From Hydrogenophaga intermedia (GTDB lineage: Bacteria > Pseudomonadota > Alphaproteobacteria > Rhizobiales > Beijerinckiaceae): a DNA stretch of 64,000 bases. Numbering within the stretch: position 1 is the stretch's first letter; every line of letters starts with the position of its first letter. The stretch is from positions 7,852 through 71,851 of the forward strand of contig CALRRR020000012.1 of NCBI GenBank assembly GCA_943370645.1, in the 5' to 3' direction. The notes below the pieces were generated by a model. It saw nothing but the letters and a program-made list of their open reading frames with translations. It made no database searches and had not been told where the DNA came from. This document shows, one piece after another, positions 1-8,821 of this stretch. The position numbers were made by a program, and so were the translations under genes.

Positions 1-591
1 GCCGCTGTCCTTGTCATCCTTCTTGCCTTCGAGCTTGTCCTCGACGGCCTTCAGTTCGCCGACACGGCCATCAAGCTTGCGCTCGGCGGTCTCCAGAAGC
101 TTCTCGCGCATGTCGAGTTCGCGCTGGCGGGCATCGATCTGTTCCCGGCGCTCGCCAAGGCGCTCGATCAGCTCGCGCTCTGCGGTCGATGGCGTGCGCT
201 CACCCTGGTTCATCACCGAGGCGCGGTCCTTCGGGTTTGGGCCGGTGGGCATGGGCTGGCTTGCTGCCTCCGCAACCTTGCCATCGGGTTTCTTGCCATC
301 CGGTGCCTTGCCATCCTTTTTGTCGGCATCCTTTGCCGGCACCGAGCCCGTCACCTCTGGCGAAGTGATGACGTAGGGCTCGCGGGCGCGGGCGAGCATC
401 TGCACCATGCCTCTGAAATCATTGGGGTTGTAGCTGCCATCGGGATGCACGACCGCCGTGCGCGGTGAGACCTGTTCTGCCAGCGGGACGAACGACACGC
501 CGCTACCGACCGTCCACGAGATCGCCTTCAGCGCCAGCAAGCCGACGGCGCCGAGAATGACAGCAGGGATGAGGCGATGCCGATCCATCAT
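1..591 (-). CDS. Flagellar-cluster coiled-coil protein, MotE-family-like (C-terminus runs off the window start)
   Basis: This gene is absent from the ORF track because it has no stop inside the window. My own minus-strand translation from ATGATG at 591-586 stays open to base 1 (197 codons). It reads MMDRHRLIPAVILGAVGLLALKA (N-terminal TM/signal), then a K/D/G-rich linker, then the heptad-like ERELIERLGERREQIDARQRELDMREKLLETAERKL. It is the last gene of the fliL-fliM string. The family assignment is by resemblance only. Confidence 0.45.
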   Translation of the reverse strand, partial: MMDRHRLIPAVILGAVGLLALKAISWTVGSGVSFVPLAEQVSPRTAVVHPDGSYNPNDFRGMVQMLARAREPYVITSPEVTGSVPAKDADKKDGKAPDGKKPDGKVAEAASQPMPTGPNPKDRASVMNQGERTPSTAERELIERLGERREQIDARQRELDMREKLLETAERKLDGRVGELKAVEDKLEGKKDDKDSG

Positions 592-619
592 GACAGCGGT
601 GATCTGACCGCAAAACCGT

Positions 620-1081
620 TCATGCCGCGTTACCATCCAGTCGGCGAACGGCGCGCTGGGTGATGGCTGCGGCCATCTCTGCCGCATCGGAGAGTTTGCG
701 CGTGGTGGCGGAAGCTGTTTCTTCTTCGGTGTTGGCGGCTGCCGGCGCGACTAGGCGCGAGGCTTCGACAATCTTGGCAATGCGCGACATGACCTGCTCG
801 CCGGCCTCGATCTGCGCCGAAAGATCGGCGGCATAGCGCTCGGCGGTGCGCAGACGCTCTGCCAGTGTCTTGTCGCAGTCGTTGAGGGTCAGCTTGAGGC
901 CGGAAATCGCCCGCTCGGCGCTGTCTGTCGCAGCCAGCAATTCGCCGATGGTGCGGCGCATTGCGCCTTCGTCGGCCTTGAGCCGTTCGATACGCCGCGA
1001 CAGCACGACGCAGGTGGAAATCGTGGCGACCAGCAGCATCGCCACCAGCACGTCGGCAATCAGCGCAATCGTGAAACTCAT
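620..1081 (-). CDS. Small single-pass membrane coiled-coil protein of the fliLM operon (DUF6468-like)
   Basis: 153-aa ORF with an N-terminal TM segment (FTIALIADVLVAMLLVATISTCVVL) followed by a helical region (RRIERLKADEG..LKLTLNDCDKTLAERL). It lies 52 nt downstream of fliM on the same strand. The family name is recalled, not searched. Confidence 0.5.
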   Translation of the reverse strand: MSFTIALIADVLVAMLLVATISTCVVLSRRIERLKADEGAMRRTIGELLAATDSAERAISGLKLTLNDCDKTLAERLRTAERYAADLSAQIEAGEQVMSRIAKIVEASRLVAPAAANTEEETASATTRKLSDAAEMAAAITQRAVRRLDGNAA

Positions 1082-1132
1082 GGTCGCAGTTCCTTCCCCC
1101 GTGCCGCTGCCGGGTCCGCCTGTCCAGCCATG

Positions 1133-2320
1133 TCAGTTGCGCTCGCTGCGCGACGACACGGATGCATCGAACACCCCGATCGTGGTGCGCGACCGGCGCA
1201 GAGCGGCGACGGTCTGCACCGCGATCTTGTCATCCACACGCCCGACACGGCCTTCGGTCACGCCGAAATCACCGCAGCGGAGCGTGATGAATCGGTCTGG
1301 CTTGGCATCGAAGATCAGGGTGTCGCCGATATCGAGGCCCATGATGCGGGACAGCGGCATCAATTCCTGATGGAGCACGGCCTCGACGGGCACCGTCGCC
1401 TGATAGATTTCGGTGGCAAGGTGGTTTTCCCAGATCGGGTCACGCCCGATCTTCTCCCCCATGAAGCTTTCCAGCAGCAGGTCACGCACCGGCTCGATGG
1501 TGGCATAGGGCAGCAGGACCTGCAGCGAGCCGCCACGCCCTTCCATGTCGAGCCTCAGGTCGACACGTATTGCGGCGTTGGCCGGCCGGGAGATCGTCGC
1601 GAAGCGTGGGTTGGTCTCGATCCGGTCGACCTTGAAGGTGACCGTCGAGAGCGGCCTGAATGCCGCTTCCGCATCGGTCAGGACCACGCCGACCATGCGC
1701 TTGAGAAGGTTCATCTCGATGGTGGTGAAAGGCCGGCCATCATGGCGGATCTGCGGGCCGCCGCGCCTGCCGCCGAGCATGGTGTCGAGCACCGCATAAG
1801 TGAGGGTGGACTCGACCGTCACGAGGCCGAAATTGTCCCATTCCTCTGCCTTGAACACGGCGATCATCGCCGGCAGCGGGATCGAGTTCACATAGTCGCC
1901 GAAGCGCACCGAGCGGATGGCATCGAGCGTGACCTCGACGTTGTCGTTGAAGAAGTTGCGCAGCGAGGTCGACAGGTGCCGCACCATGCGCTCGAAGATG
2001 ATTTCGAGCATGGGCAGGCGTTCGTAGGACACCGTGCCTGAATCGACGATGGCACGGATGCCGGCACGCCCGCCCGCGCCCATCTCGCCCACCGAGAAGC
2101 CGAGCATCGAGTCGATCTCGTCCTGGTTGAGCAGGCGGTCGACACCACTTTCCGCGTCGTCGAAATTGGTCTGCGAGTCGAGCATGGTGGCCCATTCGGC
2201 CGCCATCATGTCGCCGCCGCCACCCTCGTTGCCCTGTTCGGCGAGCGCGGCTCCCCATTCGTTGGCGAGGTTGTCCTGCTCGCCGCCGGAAGCCGGGGTC
2301 TTGTCGTCTGGTTCGCTCAT
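1133..2320 (-). CDS. fliM: Flagellar motor switch protein FliM
   Basis: 395 aa. It has an acidic N-terminus with LLNQDEIDSMLGF (a CheY-P-binding-type peptide) and the FliM middle and C-terminal SpoA-like regions. It sits directly after fliL. Confidence 0.9.
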   Translation of the reverse strand: MSEPDDKTPASGGEQDNLANEWGAALAEQGNEGGGGDMMAAEWATMLDSQTNFDDAESGVDRLLNQDEIDSMLGFSVGEMGAGGRAGIRAIVDSGTVSYERLPMLEIIFERMVRHLSTSLRNFFNDNVEVTLDAIRSVRFGDYVNSIPLPAMIAVFKAEEWDNFGLVTVESTLTYAVLDTMLGGRRGGPQIRHDGRPFTTIEMNLLKRMVGVVLTDAEAAFRPLSTVTFKVDRIETNPRFATISRPANAAIRVDLRLDMEGRGGSLQVLLPYATIEPVRDLLLESFMGEKIGRDPIWENHLATEIYQATVPVEAVLHQELMPLSRIMGLDIGDTLIFDAKPDRFITLRCGDFGVTEGRVGRVDDKIAVQTVAALRRSRTTIGVFDASVSSRSERN

Positions 2321-2328
2321 GATCGTGC

Positions 2329-2871
2329 CTATTGAACCAGCAGTTCCTTGAAGAGCACTGCGTCCACCTTTGCGGGGTGCACGGCTGCGTTGACCCGGCG
2401 CAGCAGCTCTTCCTTCAGCCTGAATGTGCCAGCCGAGCCTTCAAGATCAGCCGGCCGAAGTTCCCGCAGGTAGACCTGGAACATGTCTTCAACGCGCGGC
2501 AGGAGCGGCTGGATATCCGGAGCCATCTTGGCATCGGCGATTTCGAGCGCGACCTTGACCTTGATAATGGTCTGGCGTTCGCCGGGCTGACCGCCGGAGA
2601 TGTTGACCAGCATTTCCTTCATGTCGACAAAGCCGGTCGTGCGAGGAGGGGGTTTGGCAGCCTGTTCGGCCGCATCGACCTTGGGCTTCTTCAGGAAGAA
2701 GAACCAGCCGCCACCGCCCAGCAGGCCCAGCACCACGACGCCGACGCCCGCCAGAACCAGCTTGTTGCCAAGCAGGCCCTTTTTGCCGCCCGACTTGGCA
2801 TCGCCTTCCGCGGCTTCGCCATCCTTGGGCGCTTCGGTTTCGGCATCACTGTTTTTCGGTTTCTTGGCCAT
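2329..2871 (-). CDS. fliL: Flagellar basal-body-associated protein FliL
   Basis: This is the C-terminal 180 aa of track ORF 2329..3141, starting at ATG 2871 (MAKKPKNSDAE...). It has one TM segment (LVLAGVGVVVLGLLGGGGWFFF) and a FliL-type tail (FVDMKEMLVNI...VKVALEI...VYLRELR). The upstream 90 codons look non-coding and contain the promoter elements. Confidence 0.85.
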   Translation of the reverse strand: MAKKPKNSDAETEAPKDGEAAEGDAKSGGKKGLLGNKLVLAGVGVVVLGLLGGGGWFFFLKKPKVDAAEQAAKPPPRTTGFVDMKEMLVNISGGQPGERQTIIKVKVALEIADAKMAPDIQPLLPRVEDMFQVYLRELRPADLEGSAGTFRLKEELLRRVNAAVHPAKVDAVLFKELLVQ

Positions 2872-2954
2872 CGGACCTGGGAAGCCTTGGTGAGACGGGG
2901 CGGCTGATGCGGCTGCACCATCCGTGATCTGACAAGCACAGTGGCAATTTATGG

Positions 2955-2969
2955 TTAATGCCTCGTTAA
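2955..2969. promoter_or_regulatory. CtrA-type box TTAA-N7-TTAA in the fliL / flgF divergent gap
   Basis: The sequence TTAATGCCTCGTTAA is a perfect TTAA-N7-TTAA. It lies 84-98 nt upstream of the fliL ATG. AT-rich 4-mers are rare in this GC-rich DNA. Confidence 0.55.
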
Positions 2970-3088
2970 GCAGGGCAATTTCTGCCGGGCTCTCTTTGCC
3001 GCCCTGGCAGGAGAGGGGCAGCTGCCAGAATGGCCTAAGAATCCTCCAAATAGCTGATAAAAATAAGCTTTTACTGCCTTCGCCAAGT

Positions 3089-3103
3089 TGGCACGGCTGA
3101 TGC
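3089..3103 (+). promoter_or_regulatory. Sigma54-type -24/-12 promoter candidate upstream of flgF
   Basis: TGGCACGGCTGATGC matches TGGCACG-N4-TTGC with correct GG/GC spacing, with one mismatch (ATGC for TTGC). It lies 72 nt upstream of the flgF ATG. Confidence 0.35.
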
Positions 3104-3174
3104 GATGTCTCGATTGCGAGATCCGCGCTGGGGAGCGTCACGGGTTTTCGCGGAAGACATGGGAGTTCGATGCG

Positions 3175-3921
3175 ATGGAGAATGCGCTTCTCGTCGGTGT
3201 TTCACGCCAGATGGCGCTTCGGCGCGAGATGGATGTGATCGCCAACAACGTGGCCAACATCAACACCAACGGCTTCAAGGCCCGTTCGGTGCGCTTCGCC
3301 GAGCATGTCCAGCCGGCGGCCAAAGCCGAGACCTTTCCCAACCAGGACAAGCGCGTCTCGTTCGTGGTGGACCGCGGCACACCCATCGACCTGTCGACCG
3401 GCATGGTTGAGCGCACCGGAAATCCGCTGGATGCGGCCGTACGCGGCGATGCCTACTTCACCGTGCAGCTTGGCAATGGCCAGACCCGCTACACCCGCGA
3501 TGGCGGCTTCGAAATCAACTCGCGCGGCCAGATGGTGACGCAGGGTGGCCTGCGCGTGGTCGGCGAGAACGGCCCGATCGAAATTTCAACCAACGAAACC
3601 GGTGTCCGCATCGCCGAGGACGGCACGGTGCTCACCGATCAGGGCAACCGGGGCAAGCTCAGGCTGGCCCGCTTCGCCAACCCGCGCGACCTCAGGAATG
3701 AGGGGTCCAACCTGTTCTCGTCCGTGGCCCCGGCGCAGCCTGCCGGCCCGCAGGCTCGCGTCGAAACCGGGGTGATCGAGCGCTCCAACGTCAAGCCCGT
3801 GCTCGAAATGAGCCGTCTGATCGAGGTGCAGCGCGCCTATGCCAGCATCAGCAGCATGGTCGGACGCACCGATGAACTTCGCCGCGACGCGATCCGCCGC
3901 CTTGCCGATCTCCAGAGCTGA
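3175..3921 (+). CDS. flgF: Flagellar basal-body rod protein FlgF
   Basis: The start was moved to ATG 3175 (MENALLVGVSRQMALRREMDVIANNVANINTNGFK), which gives the rod-protein N-terminal motif. The conserved C-terminal is SNVKPVLEMSRLIEVQRAYA. Confidence 0.85.
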   Translation: MENALLVGVSRQMALRREMDVIANNVANINTNGFKARSVRFAEHVQPAAKAETFPNQDKRVSFVVDRGTPIDLSTGMVERTGNPLDAAVRGDAYFTVQLGNGQTRYTRDGGFEINSRGQMVTQGGLRVVGENGPIEISTNETGVRIAEDGTVLTDQGNRGKLRLARFANPRDLRNEGSNLFSSVAPAQPAGPQARVETGVIERSNVKPVLEMSRLIEVQRAYASISSMVGRTDELRRDAIRRLADLQS

Positions 3922-3937
3922 TTGAGGAGGACATCCC

Positions 3938-4729
3938 ATGCGCGCTCTTTACACCGCCGCAACCGGCATGATGGCCCAGGAATTGAACGTCCAGGTCATC
4001 TCCAACAACATCGCCAACGTCCGCACCAATGGCTACAAGCGCCAGCGCGTGCACTTCCAGGACCTGCTCTACGAACACCTGCGGCGCGCCGGCTCGGCGA
4101 CGTCGGACCAGGGCACGCAGGTTCCGGCCGGCACCTTCGTCGGCTCGGGCGTCAAGACCGTTGCCACCGGCCGCGTGATGGGGCAGGGCAACCTGACCCA
4201 GACCGACAAGGAATATGACCTTTCGGTGCGCGGCGACGGCTTCTTCCGCGTCCGCATGCCGGATGGGCGGACGGCCTACACCCGTGACGGTTCGTTCGAT
4301 CTCGACAGCCAGGGCCAGCTCGTCACCAAGGATGGCTACATCGTCGAGCCCGGCATCAATGTGCCGCAGAATGCCCGCAGCGTCAGCATTAGCAGCAGCG
4401 GCCAGGTGCAGGCGCTGCTCCCCGGCCAGACCGCGCCGCAGGATCTCGGACAGATCCAGCTCTCGCGCTTCGTCAACCGTGTCGGCCTCGAGTCGGTCGG
4501 TGACAACCTGTTCGTCGAGACAGCCGGCTCCGGCCCAGCCATCGATGGCAACCCCGGCGGGGAGGGCTTCGGCTCGGTGCAGCAGTCCTATCTGGAAGAA
4601 TCCAACGTCAATGCCGTGGTCGAGATCTCCTCGCTGATCGCGGCCCAGCGGGCCTACGAAATGAACTCCCGCGTGATCTCGGCCTCCGACCAGATGATGC
4701 AGGCCACCAGCCAGATGTTCAGGGGTTGA
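3938..4729 (+). CDS. flgG: Flagellar basal-body distal rod protein FlgG
   Basis: 263 aa, with MRALYTAATGMMAQELNVQVISNNIANVRTNGYKRQR at the N-terminus and SNVNAVVEISSLIAAQRAYEMNSRVI at the C-terminus. Confidence 0.92.
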   Translation: MRALYTAATGMMAQELNVQVISNNIANVRTNGYKRQRVHFQDLLYEHLRRAGSATSDQGTQVPAGTFVGSGVKTVATGRVMGQGNLTQTDKEYDLSVRGDGFFRVRMPDGRTAYTRDGSFDLDSQGQLVTKDGYIVEPGINVPQNARSVSISSSGQVQALLPGQTAPQDLGQIQLSRFVNRVGLESVGDNLFVETAGSGPAIDGNPGGEGFGSVQQSYLEESNVNAVVEISSLIAAQRAYEMNSRVISASDQMMQATSQMFRG

Positions 4730-4735
4730 GGTGAG

Positions 4736-5767
4736 ATGATGACACGCATCCGGACCACTCTGGCCGTCACCGCCGCCTGCGCCGCTCTCGTGCTTGCGGC
4801 ATGGCCGGCGATCGCACAAACCGGCACGGGCCGGCCGATGCTGCGGGCCTCATTCGGGGCCTCTGCCCCGGTGGTCAAGGCCGACATCATGGCCACCCGC
4901 GATATTCTCACCCTCGGCGACCTCGTCAGCGGCTTGCCGCAGGATGTGGCCGTTCAGCCGGCCTTCCGCGCCCCTTCGCTCGGCGAGACCGGCACGATCC
5001 AGTCCGCCCGCATCGTCGATGCCGTGCGGGCCCAGGGTGTCGAGACGGTGCATGATGGCGGCACGGCCCAGGTGGTCGTGACACGCGCTGCACGCCGGCT
5101 GACCATGGCCGACATCGAAGCGGCCCTGCGCCGCAGCATCGAGGAGCGATACGGCGTCGATGCCCGCAGCTTCAGCCTTTCGCTCGACAATGGCGCACCG
5201 AGCCTTGTGGTCGAGCCGGAATTGCGCGGCCTGCTGCAAACCCAGGACCTGGTCTACGACGTGCGCACCCGCCGCGTCAGCGCCACGCTGATCATGCCCG
5301 GCAGCGCCGCGATGCGCCTGAAGCCGGCGCGCGTCACCGGCCAGATGGTCGACACGGTCGAGGTCGTGGTGCCGATCCGGGCCATCAACCGTGGCGACAT
5401 CCTGCAGGCGGGCGACATCATGGTGGAGCGCCGCCCGCGTGACAGCGCACTGACCGATCTTGCCATCGACATGCAGGCCGTGATCGGCAAGTCCGCGCGC
5501 CGTGCGATGGTGGCCGGCCAGCTTGTCCGCAACTCCGACATCCAGCGCCAGGAAATCGTGGCGCGCAACGAGACCGTCACCGTGGTCTACGAGGCGCCCG
5601 GCCTGATGCTGACCATGCGGGCCAGGGCCCAGGAGGCCGGCGCGCAGGGTGACGTGATCTCGGTGCTCAACGTGCAATCCAAGAAGGTGCTTCAAGGCAC
5701 TGTCAGCGGTCCGGGCCGTGTCGTGGTCAACGGCGCTGCGGCTGCCCGCGTCGCCAGCGCCAACTGA
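4736..5767 (+). CDS. flgA: Flagellar P-ring assembly chaperone FlgA
   Basis: 343 aa with a signal peptide. It has a SAF-like region (INRGDILQAGDIMVERRP) and the FlgA C-terminus (GDVISVLNVQSKKVLQGTV). The position between flgG and flgH fits. Confidence 0.8.
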   Translation: MMTRIRTTLAVTAACAALVLAAWPAIAQTGTGRPMLRASFGASAPVVKADIMATRDILTLGDLVSGLPQDVAVQPAFRAPSLGETGTIQSARIVDAVRAQGVETVHDGGTAQVVVTRAARRLTMADIEAALRRSIEERYGVDARSFSLSLDNGAPSLVVEPELRGLLQTQDLVYDVRTRRVSATLIMPGSAAMRLKPARVTGQMVDTVEVVVPIRAINRGDILQAGDIMVERRPRDSALTDLAIDMQAVIGKSARRAMVAGQLVRNSDIQRQEIVARNETVTVVYEAPGLMLTMRARAQEAGAQGDVISVLNVQSKKVLQGTVSGPGRVVVNGAAAARVASAN

Positions 5768-5769
5768 AG

Positions 5770-6561
5770 GTGAAGCAGATCATGACACACAGCATGCCAC
5801 GCCCGAACCGCTCCGCCGGCCGCGCCCTGCGCTTCGGTGCCATCGCCAGCATTGGCATCGTGCTCGGTGCCTGCGGCGCCGTCGACCGGCTTGCCAATGT
5901 TGGCCGCGCGCCCGCTCTCTCGGCGATCGAGGATCCGACCGCGCAGCCCGGCTACAAGCCCGTGCGGATGCCGATGCCGACGCCCGAGCACGTCTCATTC
6001 GGCCCCAACTCGCTGTGGCGGCAGGGCTCGCGCGCCTTCTTCAAGGACCAGCGCGCCCGCCAGATCGGCGATCTGGTGACCGTGAAGGTGCGCGTCACCG
6101 ACAAGGCTGAACTGCAGAACCAGACCAGCCGTTCGCGCAGCGGCAAGGACAGCATGGGCGTTCCCAACCTGCTCGGCATCGAGGAGAACCTGCCCAAGAT
6201 CATGCCGGAATCGATCGACAACAACTCGCTGATCTCGACCAATTCGAACACCTCGACCCAGGGGGCCGGCTCGGTGCGCCGCTCCGAGCAATTGTCGACC
6301 AATGTCGCGGCGGCGGTGACCCAGCTTCTGCCGAACGGCAACTTGGTGATCGAGGGCAAACAGGAAATCCGCATCAACTTCGAGGTGCGCGAGCTGATCG
6401 TGGCCGGTGTTGTCCGTCCGGAGGACATCGACAGCGACAACACCATCGACTCCACCAAGATCGCCCAGGCCCGCATCGCCTACGGCGGCCGGGGCCAGAT
6501 CACCGATGTGCAGCAGCCGCGCTATGGCCAGCAGGTGATGGATATCCTCCTGCCATTCTGA
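5770..6561 (+). CDS. flgH: Flagellar L-ring lipoprotein FlgH
   Basis: 263 aa with lipobox IVLGAC and the conserved LPNGNLVIEGKQEIRINFEVRELIVAGVVRPEDI. The start could be GTG 5770 or ATG 5782. Confidence 0.9.
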   Translation: MKQIMTHSMPRPNRSAGRALRFGAIASIGIVLGACGAVDRLANVGRAPALSAIEDPTAQPGYKPVRMPMPTPEHVSFGPNSLWRQGSRAFFKDQRARQIGDLVTVKVRVTDKAELQNQTSRSRSGKDSMGVPNLLGIEENLPKIMPESIDNNSLISTNSNTSTQGAGSVRRSEQLSTNVAAAVTQLLPNGNLVIEGKQEIRINFEVRELIVAGVVRPEDIDSDNTIDSTKIAQARIAYGGRGQITDVQQPRYGQQVMDILLPF

Positions 6562-6750
6562 CCTTGTTGACCCGATCCCTGCTCAAGCGCCGGCGACGCT
6601 CCCCACAACGCCGGCGGGTGACAGGCCGAGGCCGCGCCCTGCTTCCCCAGCCAAGGCCAGGCCTTTCTGACCGGTGACCAGCCGCCTCCCATGCCGGCCC
6701 GTCACCGCAGCGCGCAGCAGCGCTCCCCACCTTGCTGCCGCCCACTGACG

Positions 6751-6779
6751 AAAACCCCGCGCCTCCCACGCGGGGTTTT
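6751..6779. terminator. Bidirectional intrinsic terminator between convergent flgH and the MFS gene
   Basis: AAAACCCCGCG-cctccca-CGCGGGGTTTT forms an 11-bp perfect stem, with an A-run 5' and a T-run 3'. Confidence 0.75.
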
Positions 6780-6785
6780 CGCGCA

Positions 6786-8012
6786 TCAGCGGCGAGAGGA
6801 GACGGGCGGCGGCAGCGTCTGAAGGCGGGCGAGCGCAGACAGCAGAACCGCCAGCAAGGACGCGGAAAAAAGGCCGACGATCAGCGCCATGGCCGCGTCA
6901 AAGCCGAGGCGGGCTGCCACGAGGCCGCCCAGCAGCGCGCCAACGGAGCGCACGCCGTAGATTGCGACCTGGATGACCGATCCGACCCGCCCCAGCAGGC
7001 CCGGCGGCGTGACCAACTGGCGGATGCTGTTCTGGCATACGAACCACAGGATCGGACCGAATCCGAGCAGCAGGAACACGGCCACGGGGCCTGCAAGGCG
7101 AAGGCTGGTGCCGGCGAGATGGGGCGACAGCGCCAGGATCACCGATGCCAGCATCGATGAGGCTGGCCCGAACACGAGGATCAGCCGGGGCGAGAGCCTT
7201 GCCATGGCGATTGTCGCCAGCATGGCCGCCGCCAGCGACCCGATGCCCATGGCAGATTGCGCGGCTCCGGCTTCCGCAGCGTTGAGCCCAAGTGGCCCCA
7301 GCGCAAAGGGCACGAACACGGCGATCAGCGCGAAGAAGGCCATGTTCCAGAACAGGGCGCAGGCCATGATGCCGACCAGCAGTGGCTGGCGGCGCACGAA
7401 ATCGAAGCCCTCGGCTATCTCCGCCAAGGGATGGCGGGCGCGCGGCGCCCGGGCCGGCTGGGTGCCGAAGCCAAGGGCCATGGCGAGGCCGAAAGCCGCG
7501 ATCAGTGCTGCCAGAAGGTAGGCTTGCATGGTCCAGCCCTGAAGCACGGCAAGGCCCATCAGCGCCGGGCCGGCCAATGCGGCGCTGGACTGGACCAGTT
7601 GCAGCCGTGCATTGGCGCGTGGCAACTGGCTGGCGGGGACGAGGCTCTGCACGCTCGCGCTCTCGGCCAGGAAGCCGACAACGGCGGCGGAGGCACTGAC
7701 AAAGGTGCCGGCAGCAAACAAGGCAAGATTCCCTGCGCCCAATCCGGCCATGGCCAGCAGCACGCCGGCCACCGCCATCGCCATCGCGGCCTTGATCGCA
7801 TCGAGCGGCGCGATGCGATCGACCATGACGCCGGCTGGCAGCGACATCAGCAGCCAGGCCGAACCTTGCACCGCAACGATGAGCCCGACGATGTCAGGTC
7901 CGCCACCGAAAAGGGCTGCGACAACCAGCGGGGTGCCGGCCACCATGAGTTGGTCCGAACCGCGAAAGCCCGCAGCAACGGCGGTGAGATGGTGAAAGGC
8001 GGCTGGAAGCAT
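6786..8012 (-). CDS. MFS-type transporter
   Basis: 408 aa. It is uniformly hydrophobic with about 12 predicted TM stretches and short R/K loops. The substrate is unknown. Confidence 0.65.
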   Translation of the reverse strand: MLPAAFHHLTAVAAGFRGSDQLMVAGTPLVVAALFGGGPDIVGLIVAVQGSAWLLMSLPAGVMVDRIAPLDAIKAAMAMAVAGVLLAMAGLGAGNLALFAAGTFVSASAAVVGFLAESASVQSLVPASQLPRANARLQLVQSSAALAGPALMGLAVLQGWTMQAYLLAALIAAFGLAMALGFGTQPARAPRARHPLAEIAEGFDFVRRQPLLVGIMACALFWNMAFFALIAVFVPFALGPLGLNAAEAGAAQSAMGIGSLAAAMLATIAMARLSPRLILVFGPASSMLASVILALSPHLAGTSLRLAGPVAVFLLLGFGPILWFVCQNSIRQLVTPPGLLGRVGSVIQVAIYGVRSVGALLGGLVAARLGFDAAMALIVGLFSASLLAVLLSALARLQTLPPPVSSRR

Positions 8013-8101
8013 GATCGGTCATCCCCTTGAGCCCCGTCTGAACCACGAAAGGGCTATCTCGGGACACCCGATTTCCGGGAAGGCCGAACTGTTGCTGTCG
8101 T

Positions 8102-8524
8102 CTAGTCGTCGCGGAAGACGCGCTCATTGCGCTCGTGGCGCTCCTGGGCTTCCAGCGAGAGGGTGGCGATCGGACGGGCCTCGAGGCGCTTCAGCGAGAT
8201 CGGCTCGCCGGTCTCCTCGCAATAGCCGTAGGAGCCGTCGTCGATGCGGGCGATGGCCGAGTCGATCTTGGAGATCAGCTTGCGCTGACGATCACGGGCG
8301 CGAAGCTCGATGGCGCGATCGGTTTCGGATGAGGCCCGATCGGCAATGTCGGGGTGGTTCTCGTTTTCAGCCTGGAGGGCAAGGATCGTGTCCTTCGCCT
8401 CTTTCAGGATGTCTTCCTTCCAGCGCACCAGCTTCTGCCGGAAGTAGACCCGCTGACGCTCGCTCATGAAGGGCTCTTCGTCAGTCGGCTTGTAATCCGA
8501 GCTGATGATGATCTCTTTCGCCAT
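8102..8524 (-). CDS. dksA: RNA polymerase-binding transcription factor DksA
   Basis: 140 aa. It has a coiled-coil with acidic tip DIADRASSETD, and the C-terminal YGYCEETGEPISLKRLEARPIATLSLEAQERHE. Confidence 0.85.
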   Translation of the reverse strand: MAKEIIISSDYKPTDEEPFMSERQRVYFRQKLVRWKEDILKEAKDTILALQAENENHPDIADRASSETDRAIELRARDRQRKLISKIDSAIARIDDGSYGYCEETGEPISLKRLEARPIATLSLEAQERHERNERVFRDD

Positions 8525-8821
8525 GGCATGCCCCTGAAAGTCGATGAGTTACGCAGACGATTTCACCGGCTGCCCGACCCCTCCACAAGTCCCCCGACTC
8601 GTTCGATCAGCCGCATTGCAGCGGGTCTATAGCGACACTTGGCAGCCGAGACAACGACCCAATGCCCGATTCAGGGGCTCATTCACGGCGATATGAAAAT
8701 GTTGAAATTGATCCGCGCCGGCAACGCCATTGTTTTGGCAGCTCATGATCCGGAGGGGGACAGGCCCCATTCTGGCGCTCGGCCTGCCTTAACCGCACGC
8801 TAACCTTGTTCGCGCAGTGTC

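Noticed and set aside
11-376. A 121-aa plus-strand Ser/Arg-rich ORF at the window start
   Set aside because: It is antisense to the open, coiled-coil MotE-like reading frame that continues the fliLM operon. Its composition is not protein-like.
2872-3141. The 90-codon N-terminal extension of the FliL ORF. Similar long 5' extensions occur on track ORFs for flgF, rpsD, murI, folE, gpt, map, the hydrolases, the PAS_5 gene and the 52780..54522 ORF.
   Set aside because: The extensions lack family similarity, often contain the promoter elements, and overlap neighbouring genes. Internal ATGs give N-termini matching the families, frequently with a Shine-Dalgarno sequence.
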